Made by a program: the position numbers and the translations under genes. Below are positions 38,951 to 47,511 of a stretch of 54,443 bases of DNA, one piece after another (positions within the stretch are counted from its first letter, which is position 1; each line of letters opens with the position of its first letter). A model generated the notes under the pieces. That model had not been told where the DNA came from and made no database searches. It saw only the letters and a list, made by a program, of their open reading frames with translations. The DNA is from Chlamydiales bacterium (GTDB lineage Bacteria > Chlamydiota > Chlamydiia > Chlamydiales > FEN-1388), in NCBI GenBank assembly GCA_041737255.1, contig JBGSSB010000115.1:1-54443 (forward strand). Reading direction: 5' to 3'.

Positions 38951-40378
38951 ATGGGGTGCCCTATGGAGATTCGTGATACAGTAGTAGAGTACTCCCTAAT
39001 TCATTATAAGCAAAAACATGACAAAACCGAGGCCAGGAAGCAAAAGCGACTGGCGCTCATTACAAAAGCAAATGGCGAAAAAACTCTCTATATCAAGCGA
39101 CTAAGCCTCTGGCAAAGAATACGGGCAAAATTTGATAAAGGCCCCGCATCCAAAACAGCTATTTTAGCCTTTTTGCAGCCTCTCTCTACAAGCGATGAAA
39201 AAAGAGACTCTCTCGAAGATAAGGTAAATTTCATCTTTAGAAAAGAGCTGCTTGATTCCGACATCCCCATTGTATTTTCAAGTATTTGCGATTGCCACAA
39301 CAGGTCTTTAATCGACGAGATCCTCAAAATACCTGACATAAAAGCCCACATAAACTCAAAACTACAAGATGGAAATACCCCTCTTATTTTAGCCATACAG
39401 AATGCGAATAAAGAAGCCTTCAATGCACTCATAGCAACTGAAGGTATTGCTGTTAACAAATGGAATCTCGTAACAGAAAATACAGCACTTACACTAGCTA
39501 TAGAGATGGAAGAGATAGACTTTGTAAGGAAGTTACTCGACAAAGGCTGCGAAATTCCTGTTAAAGCATTTATCTTAGCCAAAAATAACCACGTTATACA
39601 CACCATGTTAAAAGAGTCCTCTCAGGAGCAAAAAAACCACCTACTTCTTGACGCGGTAGACAAAAGCAACGCAAGCGCCCTTAAAAAAATAATCAACGAC
39701 ATGCAAGGCCTAGATTTGTCACCGGCTCTAGAAAAAGCCATTCACAAAGGCAACTCTGAAATGGTAGACAAACTACTTGGACATGGCGTAGACAAAGTAT
39801 TAGCACTGCAACTAACACTAAAAGAATGGGCAAAAAACACAACTGAAAAAGAAGATGAGCTTTTAGAAAAGATGATCGCACATAACAGCCGTAACCTGCA
39901 CCCGGCTTTAGCTGCCTTAGCAGATCTTAATTTGAATGAAAGAGCTAGAAGCAAAGAGCAGTACCTTCAAGTAATTAACTCTTTAGCTGTTCATGATTCA
40001 GGACTTGATCTTCAGGGAGATGGCGCCTACAGGGTACTTTTGCGAGCTGCCGAAAAAGGCAACTGGGAACTTGTTCAAGCTATGGTACTAGCTGGCGTGA
40101 ATATAAATTTTGAGCCAAACGGCGCATCGAAAATTCTTTTTCGTGCAGCCTCTAGAGGTAGCTCAGAGGTAATAAACATGCTCCTTGCCAAGGGCGCTGA
40201 CGTCTCCTACCACGACCCCCGAGGAAACACCCCTCTTAAACGAGCAGAGCTGCGCCTCCAGCATGGCCACATCCCTGGTGGACGCGAAGAGGCAGAAGAC
40301 GTCCTTGCTGTTTTGCAAAGAAAATTTGAGGATGAGTCTAAAAAAGATCAGCCTAAAAAAGAGCCCTCTCAACAGTAG
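38951..40378 (+). CDS. Ankyrin-repeat protein, putative effector
   Basis: DGNTPLILAI, ENTALTLAI, LLAKGADV..GNTPL. Confidence 0.9.
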   Translation: MGCPMEIRDTVVEYSLIHYKQKHDKTEARKQKRLALITKANGEKTLYIKRLSLWQRIRAKFDKGPASKTAILAFLQPLSTSDEKRDSLEDKVNFIFRKELLDSDIPIVFSSICDCHNRSLIDEILKIPDIKAHINSKLQDGNTPLILAIQNANKEAFNALIATEGIAVNKWNLVTENTALTLAIEMEEIDFVRKLLDKGCEIPVKAFILAKNNHVIHTMLKESSQEQKNHLLLDAVDKSNASALKKIINDMQGLDLSPALEKAIHKGNSEMVDKLLGHGVDKVLALQLTLKEWAKNTTEKEDELLEKMIAHNSRNLHPALAALADLNLNERARSKEQYLQVINSLAVHDSGLDLQGDGAYRVLLRAAEKGNWELVQAMVLAGVNINFEPNGASKILFRAASRGSSEVINMLLAKGADVSYHDPRGNTPLKRAELRLQHGHIPGGREEAEDVLAVLQRKFEDESKKDQPKKEPSQQ

Positions 40379-40397
40379 TCAACACCATTCGACTCTA

Positions 40398-40961
40398 TTA
40401 CGATGGTGGATAATGAATAATGTCATGAAAGCAGGCAACATCAGCTGTAGTATTCCTATAGCCGTGAGGCTGATTGGCATTAAATCGAATACCTTCATTT
40501 TTGTGCAAAAGCTTCCAACCATCATTTACAAGTACCTCAATTGCTCCCTCAACAACGATCACATGTTCCACAACACCTGGTTTGTGTGGCAATGAAACAT
40601 GTTCGCAACCTGGCAACAATGTAATCACAAAAATCTCACAATGCAGCTGATCATCAAAGCTAAAAAGTGGCACTACGTTAATTTTTGAGTCGCCAGGATA
40701 GAGCGTTTGTGACCCATAGACGCTTTGGATGGGTTCGCCTGTATCAGAGACTACATCTGAAATAAATGATGAAAAGGAAGTATTAAAACCGTTTGCAATC
40801 TTCCAGAGCGTCGCAATAGTTGGGCTCGATTCTTCTCGTTCGATTTGACCAAGCATTGCTTTACTTACACCAGTTTCTTGGGCTGTTTTATCTAAACTCC
40901 AACCTCGCGCTTTACGCAGCCCTTTTAAAGTAGCTGCAATGTGTGTGTATATGTTTTCCAT
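40398..40961 (-). CDS. XRE-family HTH + cupin transcriptional regulator (SutR/PuuR-like)
   Basis: WSLDKTAQETGVSKAMLGQIEREESSPTIATLWKIA; cupin H..GVVEH..PHGYRN. Confidence 0.92.
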   Translation of the reverse strand: MENIYTHIAATLKGLRKARGWSLDKTAQETGVSKAMLGQIEREESSPTIATLWKIANGFNTSFSSFISDVVSDTGEPIQSVYGSQTLYPGDSKINVVPLFSFDDQLHCEIFVITLLPGCEHVSLPHKPGVVEHVIVVEGAIEVLVNDGWKLLHKNEGIRFNANQPHGYRNTTADVACFHDIIHYPPS

Positions 40962-40979
40962 TACTGCCTAATAAAATTT

Positions 40980-41049
40980 ACTTGTGCGTTATAGCGCACA
41001 AGTGGTACAATAACGCTTAGCCCTCGCAATCATGCATTATAACGCACAA
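40980..41049. promoter_or_regulatory. Two operator-like palindromes between the XRE regulator and the ybaK-family gene
   Basis: ACTTGTGCGTTATAGCGCACAAGT (40980-41003) and ATGCATTATAACGCACAA (41032-41049). Confidence 0.7.
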
Positions 41050-41076
41050 ACAGACAATTTAAGGAGCTATTTTACC

Positions 41077-41574
41077 ATGACAGCACCAAATAAAAGCGCA
41101 CCTCTAAGTAGAAGCGCAAACTGCGTACAAAACGCCCTATCACAAAAAGGGCTAGCCTTTGCAGTTATTGAACTACCTTCAAGCACAAGAACAGCAAACG
41201 AAGCTGCCGCAACAATAGGCTGCGAGATTGGCCAAATCATAAAGTCACTCCTCTTCTGCACGCAAAAAACAGAAAAGCCCGTTCTTATTTTGGCAAGTGG
41301 AGCAAACCGTGTAAACGAGAAGACAATCGAAAAACACCTTGGAGAAAAAATTGTAAAGGCTGATGCAGATTATACTCGCGAAGTAACCGGATTTGCGATT
41401 GGAGGCGTGCCCCCTGTTGGCCACAAACACCCTATCCAACATGTTTTTATAGATAAAGACCTACTTGATCATGAAACCCTATGGGCAGCTGCAGGAACTT
41501 GCCACGCCGTATTTAGCCTGCCCTCCACTGAACTTAGCAAAGTTACCTCTGGAACAATCATTTCGATTGGGTAA
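41077..41574 (+). CDS. YbaK/EbsC-family aminoacyl-tRNA deacylase
   Basis: QIIKSL, TGFAIGGVPPVGH, WAAAG; AAGGAG RBS before ATG 41077. Confidence 0.9.
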   Translation: MTAPNKSAPLSRSANCVQNALSQKGLAFAVIELPSSTRTANEAAATIGCEIGQIIKSLLFCTQKTEKPVLILASGANRVNEKTIEKHLGEKIVKADADYTREVTGFAIGGVPPVGHKHPIQHVFIDKDLLDHETLWAAAGTCHAVFSLPSTELSKVTSGTIISIG

Positions 41575-41662
41575 AAACACTCCCGCTAAATTTGGCGGTA
41601 TTACATAAGCCGCCAAAAAAACTCCCCACCTTAATAATTCAAGACCTCTATATGCTGAAGGC

Positions 41663-42736
41663 ATGACACACATTGTAAGTTTAGCACACGCAACACCCCC
41701 ACATGCAATTGTACAAAAAGAGCTGGCTCAACAAATAGCACAGGCATCAAACCTTACTGCTGCAGAAACAAAATGGCTTGAAAAGGTCTACAGCAACTCC
41801 GCTATTACCACACGCTATTCAGTACTTGAAGATTTTACTAAAAAGGCAAATGACTGGACCTTTTGGAACAATGCCCCTCCTACAACCCAGGCCAGAAACG
41901 AGCTTTACAAGCTTCATGCGCCCGTTTTAAGTAAGCAATCATGTGCGCTTGCTCTTGAAAAATGGGGACAAGACCCCAAAAGCATCACCCACATTATCTA
42001 CATATCCTGTACTGGCATTATTGCTCCGGGCATACAGGCCTACTTGCAGCAGGCTTTAGGTCTGCACCCAAACATCTGCCAGTTTGGAGTAAATATGATG
42101 GGCTGTTTTGGCGGCTTCAAGGGGCTTCAAATGGCCGATGCCTTTTGCGCACAAAACCCCAACAACAAAGTACTTGTTGTTTGCACTGAGCTTTGCTCAC
42201 TGCATTTTCAGCAAACAAGCTCACAAGAGACGCAAATTGGCAATGCCCTTTTTGCCGACGCAAGCGCAGCTTGCATCGTAACACATGAGCCCAAAGGCCA
42301 AGAAAAAAGCCTTTTTCGCATAAAAAAACATAGCAGCCTTATTCTTGCCAACACTACAGATAAAATGAGCTGGGAAGTATCAGACACAGGGCTTATCTTT
42401 GGCTTAAAAAAAGAGGTTCCCGATCTTATTAGGCAACACGTTGGCAACTTTGCAAAAAGCCTTCTGCCCCAAAACTGTAGCGCCCAAGATTGTCTCTGGC
42501 CAGTGCATCCAGGTGGAAAAGGCATACTGCAATCTGTTGAAGAGGCGCTAGCGCTCACAAAAGAGCAGACTCAAGCCTCGTGGGAGGTTCTTAAAAACTT
42601 TGGTAACACATCGAGTGCCTCATTTTTACTCGTACTTAACGAGCTGCAAAAACAAAAATCAGACAAAAAATGGGCCATAGGCCTTGGTTTTGGGCCAGGA
42701 CTTTGTTTTGAAGGCATACAGCTGGAGACTATGTGA
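41663..42736 (+). CDS. Type III polyketide synthase
   Basis: Catalytic triad MGCFG, VHPGG, GNTSS; ELCSLH; GFGPGL. Confidence 0.93.
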   Translation: MTHIVSLAHATPPHAIVQKELAQQIAQASNLTAAETKWLEKVYSNSAITTRYSVLEDFTKKANDWTFWNNAPPTTQARNELYKLHAPVLSKQSCALALEKWGQDPKSITHIIYISCTGIIAPGIQAYLQQALGLHPNICQFGVNMMGCFGGFKGLQMADAFCAQNPNNKVLVVCTELCSLHFQQTSSQETQIGNALFADASAACIVTHEPKGQEKSLFRIKKHSSLILANTTDKMSWEVSDTGLIFGLKKEVPDLIRQHVGNFAKSLLPQNCSAQDCLWPVHPGGKGILQSVEEALALTKEQTQASWEVLKNFGNTSSASFLLVLNELQKQKSDKKWAIGLGFGPGLCFEGIQLETM

Positions 42737-43383
42737 AAACAAGATCAGAACAAAAAGAGCTCATGGATTTAGGCCCCGATTACTACACAAAGGCCGAATA
42801 CGAAGAGTGCCTAAAAAAACTTTTTCTTGTAGGCAAATATACAGGCCTGCACCGCGACACCTACAAACTAGTAAAAAGCCTAAAGCCAAAGACACTACTA
42901 GACGTGGGCTGCGGCGATGGAGCCTTGCTTGCAGCCATTGCAAAAAAGCTGCCCGAATGCAAGTCCTTAGGCATTGATATTTCTGATGAAGCTATACAGC
43001 ACGCCACACGCTACAGACAAGCCAACCTCAATTTTAGCTGCACACAAATACTGCAGCCAGCTGATATTATCATGGCAAATCTAGTGTGTCACCATATGAC
43101 TAACTCAGAGCTCGAAGAGTTTTTACATCAAGCCTACCAAAAGGCAGGCCGCCTTGTTCTGATAAATGACTTACAGCGCCACAAGGTTGCAAAAGCCCTT
43201 TTTGGCTTGCTTTCTGGCCCCCTATTTTCTAACAGGCTTATTTCTCTGGATGGGATCACTTCCATTGAGCGAGGGTTTCATAAGCATGAGCTCAAAGGCC
43301 TTCTTAACAACGTAGCGCCAAACTCGTGGGAAATTAGATGGCGATTTCCCTTTCGCTGGCAGGTACTTATATGGAAGAAGTAG
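42733..43383 (+). CDS. SAM-dependent methyltransferase
   Basis: LDVGCGDG, NLVCHH, INDLQR; GTGA coupling to the PKS stop. Confidence 0.9.
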   Translation: MKTRSEQKELMDLGPDYYTKAEYEECLKKLFLVGKYTGLHRDTYKLVKSLKPKTLLDVGCGDGALLAAIAKKLPECKSLGIDISDEAIQHATRYRQANLNFSCTQILQPADIIMANLVCHHMTNSELEEFLHQAYQKAGRLVLINDLQRHKVAKALFGLLSGPLFSNRLISLDGITSIERGFHKHELKGLLNNVAPNSWEIRWRFPFRWQVLIWKK

Positions 43384-44327
43384 TCATTGTTGGCGCAGGA
43401 ATAGCAGGACTTTCTTGCATGAATGCACTACTTGACCTAGGCATGCAGCCGCTACTTATAGAGGCCGGCACGATAGGTGCTGAAAAAGTGTGTGGCGAGT
43501 TTTTAGCACCTCAAGCAATCAACGCTCTTGAATCATGGAACATAGGCCCCATCCAAAAAATCCAGACAACTACCCTTTTCTCAGATAAAACAACCTTACA
43601 GCTAAACATAACAGCGGGCGCCATAAGCCGAAAAGAAGCTGAGCTGCAACTTGCCAAAAGGGCGCAAGCCTTAGGCGGACGCATATACGAAAAGACAAAA
43701 GCATGTGACATCAACCCTGGCAAGCTCACACTTTGCAAGGGTGAGTCTATTACAACAAAACAGCTTGTTATTGCCACAGGAAGAGTTGGCGCCAAGCCCA
43801 AACAGTTCACCTACACAGGCCTCAAAGCGCACTTTTTACACGACAGCTATACTCCGCAACTTGAAATGCACCTTTTTAAGGGCGGATACTTTGGCATTGT
43901 GCCCATATCAGCCACAACAAGCAACATCACATGCCTTGTCAGACAGCATGCAAGCAGCCTTGCTCTATGTACTATGAATAAAGAACTCCCCTGGATTACA
44001 GCACCTGTTGGCGCCTTTGGCCTAAAAAGTGTGCCCAACTGGCCAAACACCTACTGGATTGGCGATGCAATAGCCTCACTACCGCCTGCTATAGGCGGAG
44101 GCTTTGCCCACAGCATCCACTCAGCAACACTTGCCGCCAAACACCTCCTAAACAACGATTGGGCAAAACATAGAGCCGAGCTTGAAAGTATCCTTACCCC
44201 CCAGATGAAGTGGGCCAAGTTTTTGCATCATATAATGCTTTGGCCAACTGCATCAAAGCTTGCCTTAAGCACTCTACAAAGATACCCAAGCATAACAAAA
44301 AATCTACTGGGTCGTATTGGGCTATAA
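43371..44327 (+). CDS. FAD-dependent oxidoreductase (geranylgeranyl-reductase/monooxygenase-like)
   Basis: IVGAGIAG, KVCGEFL, IATGR, IGDA..PPAIGGG. Confidence 0.85.
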   Translation: MEEVVIVGAGIAGLSCMNALLDLGMQPLLIEAGTIGAEKVCGEFLAPQAINALESWNIGPIQKIQTTTLFSDKTTLQLNITAGAISRKEAELQLAKRAQALGGRIYEKTKACDINPGKLTLCKGESITTKQLVIATGRVGAKPKQFTYTGLKAHFLHDSYTPQLEMHLFKGGYFGIVPISATTSNITCLVRQHASSLALCTMNKELPWITAPVGAFGLKSVPNWPNTYWIGDAIASLPPAIGGGFAHSIHSATLAAKHLLNNDWAKHRAELESILTPQMKWAKFLHHIMLWPTASKLALSTLQRYPSITKNLLGRIGL

Positions 44328-44410
44328 AAAAATCCAAACAGTAGCGAAACAACAATTCTACATCAGTAAAGTCTTTTGCATCATAAGAGCTTTTTGGTTA
44401 CTATCCGGAT

Positions 44411-45685
44411 ATGATCAACGAACGCTCCATACAGACATGCGACAACAGTAATTTTGGTGTATTTAAAAAGCCTCTTTACGACTCTTACTGCTTCAGTAGA
44501 ATTCCGCAAACCATCCGAGGTCTCTTAACGGGCAACCTAATAGATCAAGTGGATGGACTTCCTAACGATACGATACAACAGGCTGATTGTGATTTTGTTT
44601 TAGTGATACTCATAGATTCCTTTGGTTGGCAATACTTCGAAAAATTTAGCCACAAGTACCCTTTTCTTAAGCGCTTTATTGACGAAGGGGTTGTCTCTAA
44701 AATCACCTCACAGTTTCCTTCCACCACTACTAACCATGTAACATGCATGCACACGGGCTTAAGCGTTGCTCAAAGCGGAATTTATGATTGGTTTTACTAC
44801 GAACCTCTTGTAGACAGCTGCATCTGCCCTTTGCATTTTTCTTACGCCAACGATAAAGAATTTAATACACTTGCTAAAGATGGCCTTACAGCAGCAGACC
44901 TTTTTCCTTTTCGCACTATCTATCAAGATTTTGATGAACTAGGGATACGCTCTGTGGCCTTCCAAAATAAAAATACCTCAAAATCACCCTACTCTCAAGA
45001 GATGTACAAGGGGGCGGAAATTGTTGGGTATAACAACCTCTCTGAAGGGCTCGCAAAATTACTGCATAAGCTCAATGGCCAAAAGCAAAAATCCTATTAC
45101 TTTTTTTATTTTGGAGATATCGACAGCGCCGGCCATGAGTTTGGCCCCAACTCCCCAGAAGTTGCAAAACAAATTGATAAATGCTTTAGCCGACTTGAAA
45201 AATTTTGGCAGGATCTTACTGCAAAAAACCGAAATGGCTGCTTTATCCTAACGGCCGATCATGGCATGGCGCAAATCAATCCAGCAACAACCTACTATAT
45301 AAACAAGCTACTACCAGGCTTTGAGCGCTTCATACAGCGCAATAAAAAAGGTGAGCTACTTATTCCAGCAGGCTCTCGTCGCGATATGTTTTTACACATT
45401 AAAAATGAACACCTGCAAGAGGCCTTTGATGCTCTTACTATAGCCCTAAAAGGGCTTGGCCAAGTGCATAAAACAAGTGACCTCATTGAAGAAGGCTTGT
45501 TTGGTCCAATATCAAATCGTTTTTTAGAACGGGTAGGCAACCTTGTATTGCTGCCCTTTGGAGAAAACTCTATCTGGTGGCACGACCCTAACCGCGAAGA
45601 AAGCCTAAACCTTGGCTATCACGGGGGACTTACAGAAGCTGAAGTGGAAACAATATTTTTGTTTCAATTGCTTCAAAACAAATAG
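44411..45685 (+). CDS. Alkaline phosphatase superfamily nucleotide pyrophosphatase/phosphodiesterase
   Basis: ILIDSFG, FPSTT, DSAGH, TADHG, HGGL. Confidence 0.88.
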   Translation: MINERSIQTCDNSNFGVFKKPLYDSYCFSRIPQTIRGLLTGNLIDQVDGLPNDTIQQADCDFVLVILIDSFGWQYFEKFSHKYPFLKRFIDEGVVSKITSQFPSTTTNHVTCMHTGLSVAQSGIYDWFYYEPLVDSCICPLHFSYANDKEFNTLAKDGLTAADLFPFRTIYQDFDELGIRSVAFQNKNTSKSPYSQEMYKGAEIVGYNNLSEGLAKLLHKLNGQKQKSYYFFYFGDIDSAGHEFGPNSPEVAKQIDKCFSRLEKFWQDLTAKNRNGCFILTADHGMAQINPATTYYINKLLPGFERFIQRNKKGELLIPAGSRRDMFLHIKNEHLQEAFDALTIALKGLGQVHKTSDLIEEGLFGPISNRFLERVGNLVLLPFGENSIWWHDPNREESLNLGYHGGLTEAEVETIFLFQLLQNK

Positions 45686-45706
45686 GTCCTTCATAATAAG
45701 CACCCT

Positions 45707-46972
45707 ATGAATACAAATACACCACTTGCTGAGCGTCTGAGACCTAGTAGCTTTAATGACTACGTAGGACAGACACATCTTGTTGGGGAAAATGGCAACC
45801 TACAAAAACTCATACGCCGAGGACGCCCTGTATCCATAGTATTTTGGGGCCCTCCAGGCTGCGGCAAAACAACGCTTGCCAAACTCTACCTTAAAAGCTT
45901 TACGCTGCCTGTTGAAACCATCCATGCTACAACATCAGCAACAAGTGACTTTCGCCGCATAATAGACAACGCACAGCAGGCCCCTCTTTTTTGCCGACCT
46001 ATGATGGTATGGATTGACGAAGTACATCGCCTCACAAGGCCACAACAAGACCTTCTTTTACAAAGCCTTGAAAATGGCTCGCTTGTACTTGTTGCTGCCA
46101 CCACAGAAAATCCATCGTTTCAGCTTACCCCAGCGCTTTTATCGCGCGTGCAGGTAATGATTTTAAAGCCGTTGGAACAAAACAACCTCCACACACTATT
46201 TGAGCGCATTGAAACCACCTATGGCAAACTTCCTCTTACACAGGAGGCCAAAAATCAGCTTGTAGAGTGGGCAGGAGGCGACGCTCGCTCCTTTTTAAAC
46301 TGGATAGAACAGCTACAGCGAGAACAGCCCGAACAAGATTTTACACCCGATGACCTTGCCTCGGTACTTCAAAAAAAACAGGTGGCCATAGACCCAACAG
46401 GTGAAGGACGCTACCAGCTTATCTCAGCTCTTCATAAAGCCGTGCGAGGCTCAGATTGTCAAGGAGCACTTTACTGGCTATCAAGACAGCTTGTAGCTGG
46501 TGAAGATGTCCGCTATATAGCAAGGCGCCTTATCCGCATGGCATCAGAAGATATCGGCCTAGCAGACCCCCAAGCTCTCCAAATAACCCTAAATGGCCTT
46601 GACGCGTACGAAAAACTTGGAAGCCCCGAGGGCGAACTTGCCATAGCGCAAGTTGTCATCTACCTTGCCCTTGCCCCCAAAAGCAACAGCGCCTACACAG
46701 CGTTTAACGAAGCAAAAAGCCATGCCGAGCAAACATCGCAGCATGCACCGCCCTCGCATATCATCAATGCCGCAACATCATGGATGAAAAAGGTAGGCTT
46801 TGGGGATGGCTATCAATACGACCACGACATGCCCCAAGGCTTTTCAGGCCAAAACTATTTCCCCGACAGAGTACCCCCACAAGAGTACTTTTGCCCCATA
46901 GAGCGCGGATTCGAACGAGAGCTTTCAAAACGCCTTGCCTACTTTAACAAGCTCCGAAAAGAAAAAAATTAA
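45707..46972 (+). CDS. rarA: Replication-associated recombination protein A (MgsA)
   Basis: PLAERLRP, GPPGCGKTT, DEVHR, ATTENPSF, ISALHKAVRGSD, SEDIGLAD. Confidence 0.95.
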   Translation: MNTNTPLAERLRPSSFNDYVGQTHLVGENGNLQKLIRRGRPVSIVFWGPPGCGKTTLAKLYLKSFTLPVETIHATTSATSDFRRIIDNAQQAPLFCRPMMVWIDEVHRLTRPQQDLLLQSLENGSLVLVAATTENPSFQLTPALLSRVQVMILKPLEQNNLHTLFERIETTYGKLPLTQEAKNQLVEWAGGDARSFLNWIEQLQREQPEQDFTPDDLASVLQKKQVAIDPTGEGRYQLISALHKAVRGSDCQGALYWLSRQLVAGEDVRYIARRLIRMASEDIGLADPQALQITLNGLDAYEKLGSPEGELAIAQVVIYLALAPKSNSAYTAFNEAKSHAEQTSQHAPPSHIINAATSWMKKVGFGDGYQYDHDMPQGFSGQNYFPDRVPPQEYFCPIERGFERELSKRLAYFNKLRKEKN

Positions 46973-47139
46973 TCCCTCTTTCTTTAAAAAGTACAGGCAG
47001 AGCAAACCCTCAGCCCGGTCGTAAACCATTTCATTGAATCGCCTTCAAATACTCCTTGTTTTTTTTCGTAGAACCTAACTATGGTAAAATTGAAAGATTA
47101 CAAAAAACTCTCAAATAACCAAAAAAGGAGATCATTTGA

Positions 47140-47511
47140 ATGAAAAAACTCTACGTAACTCTAGCCTTACTCCTGCTAGGAAGCTCCATTCAAGCAAGTT
47201 CTGTGCAGCCTTCGCCTTCTATCAACAAAGCTCGCTACGGAATCAAAAAAAGCATCATTGGCGGAACTATCAATGTAGAAGAGTATGGCCTAGTACCCTA
47301 CTACTTCAAAGCCGAAGAACAAATGAAAGAAATGGGTAAAACACCTAGCGCTGCCTTTACAGAGGTATTAGAAGGCCTTAAAAACAATAGAGTAACCTTT
47401 CCTGTACAAGTCGTGCTCGCCTCACAGGGCGATCTTAAGATTCTAAGAACACTTGAAACACCGAATCAACTAAACGAATTTATGAAAGGAAGAAAAAATG
47501 AAGCGAAATAA
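47140..47511 (+). CDS. Small secreted hypothetical protein
   Basis: AGGAG RBS, signal peptide MKKLYVTLALLLLGSSIQA; overlaps the next start. Confidence 0.75.
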   Translation: MKKLYVTLALLLLGSSIQASSVQPSPSINKARYGIKKSIIGGTINVEEYGLVPYYFKAEEQMKEMGKTPSAAFTEVLEGLKNNRVTFPVQVVLASQGDLKILRTLETPNQLNEFMKGRKNEAK

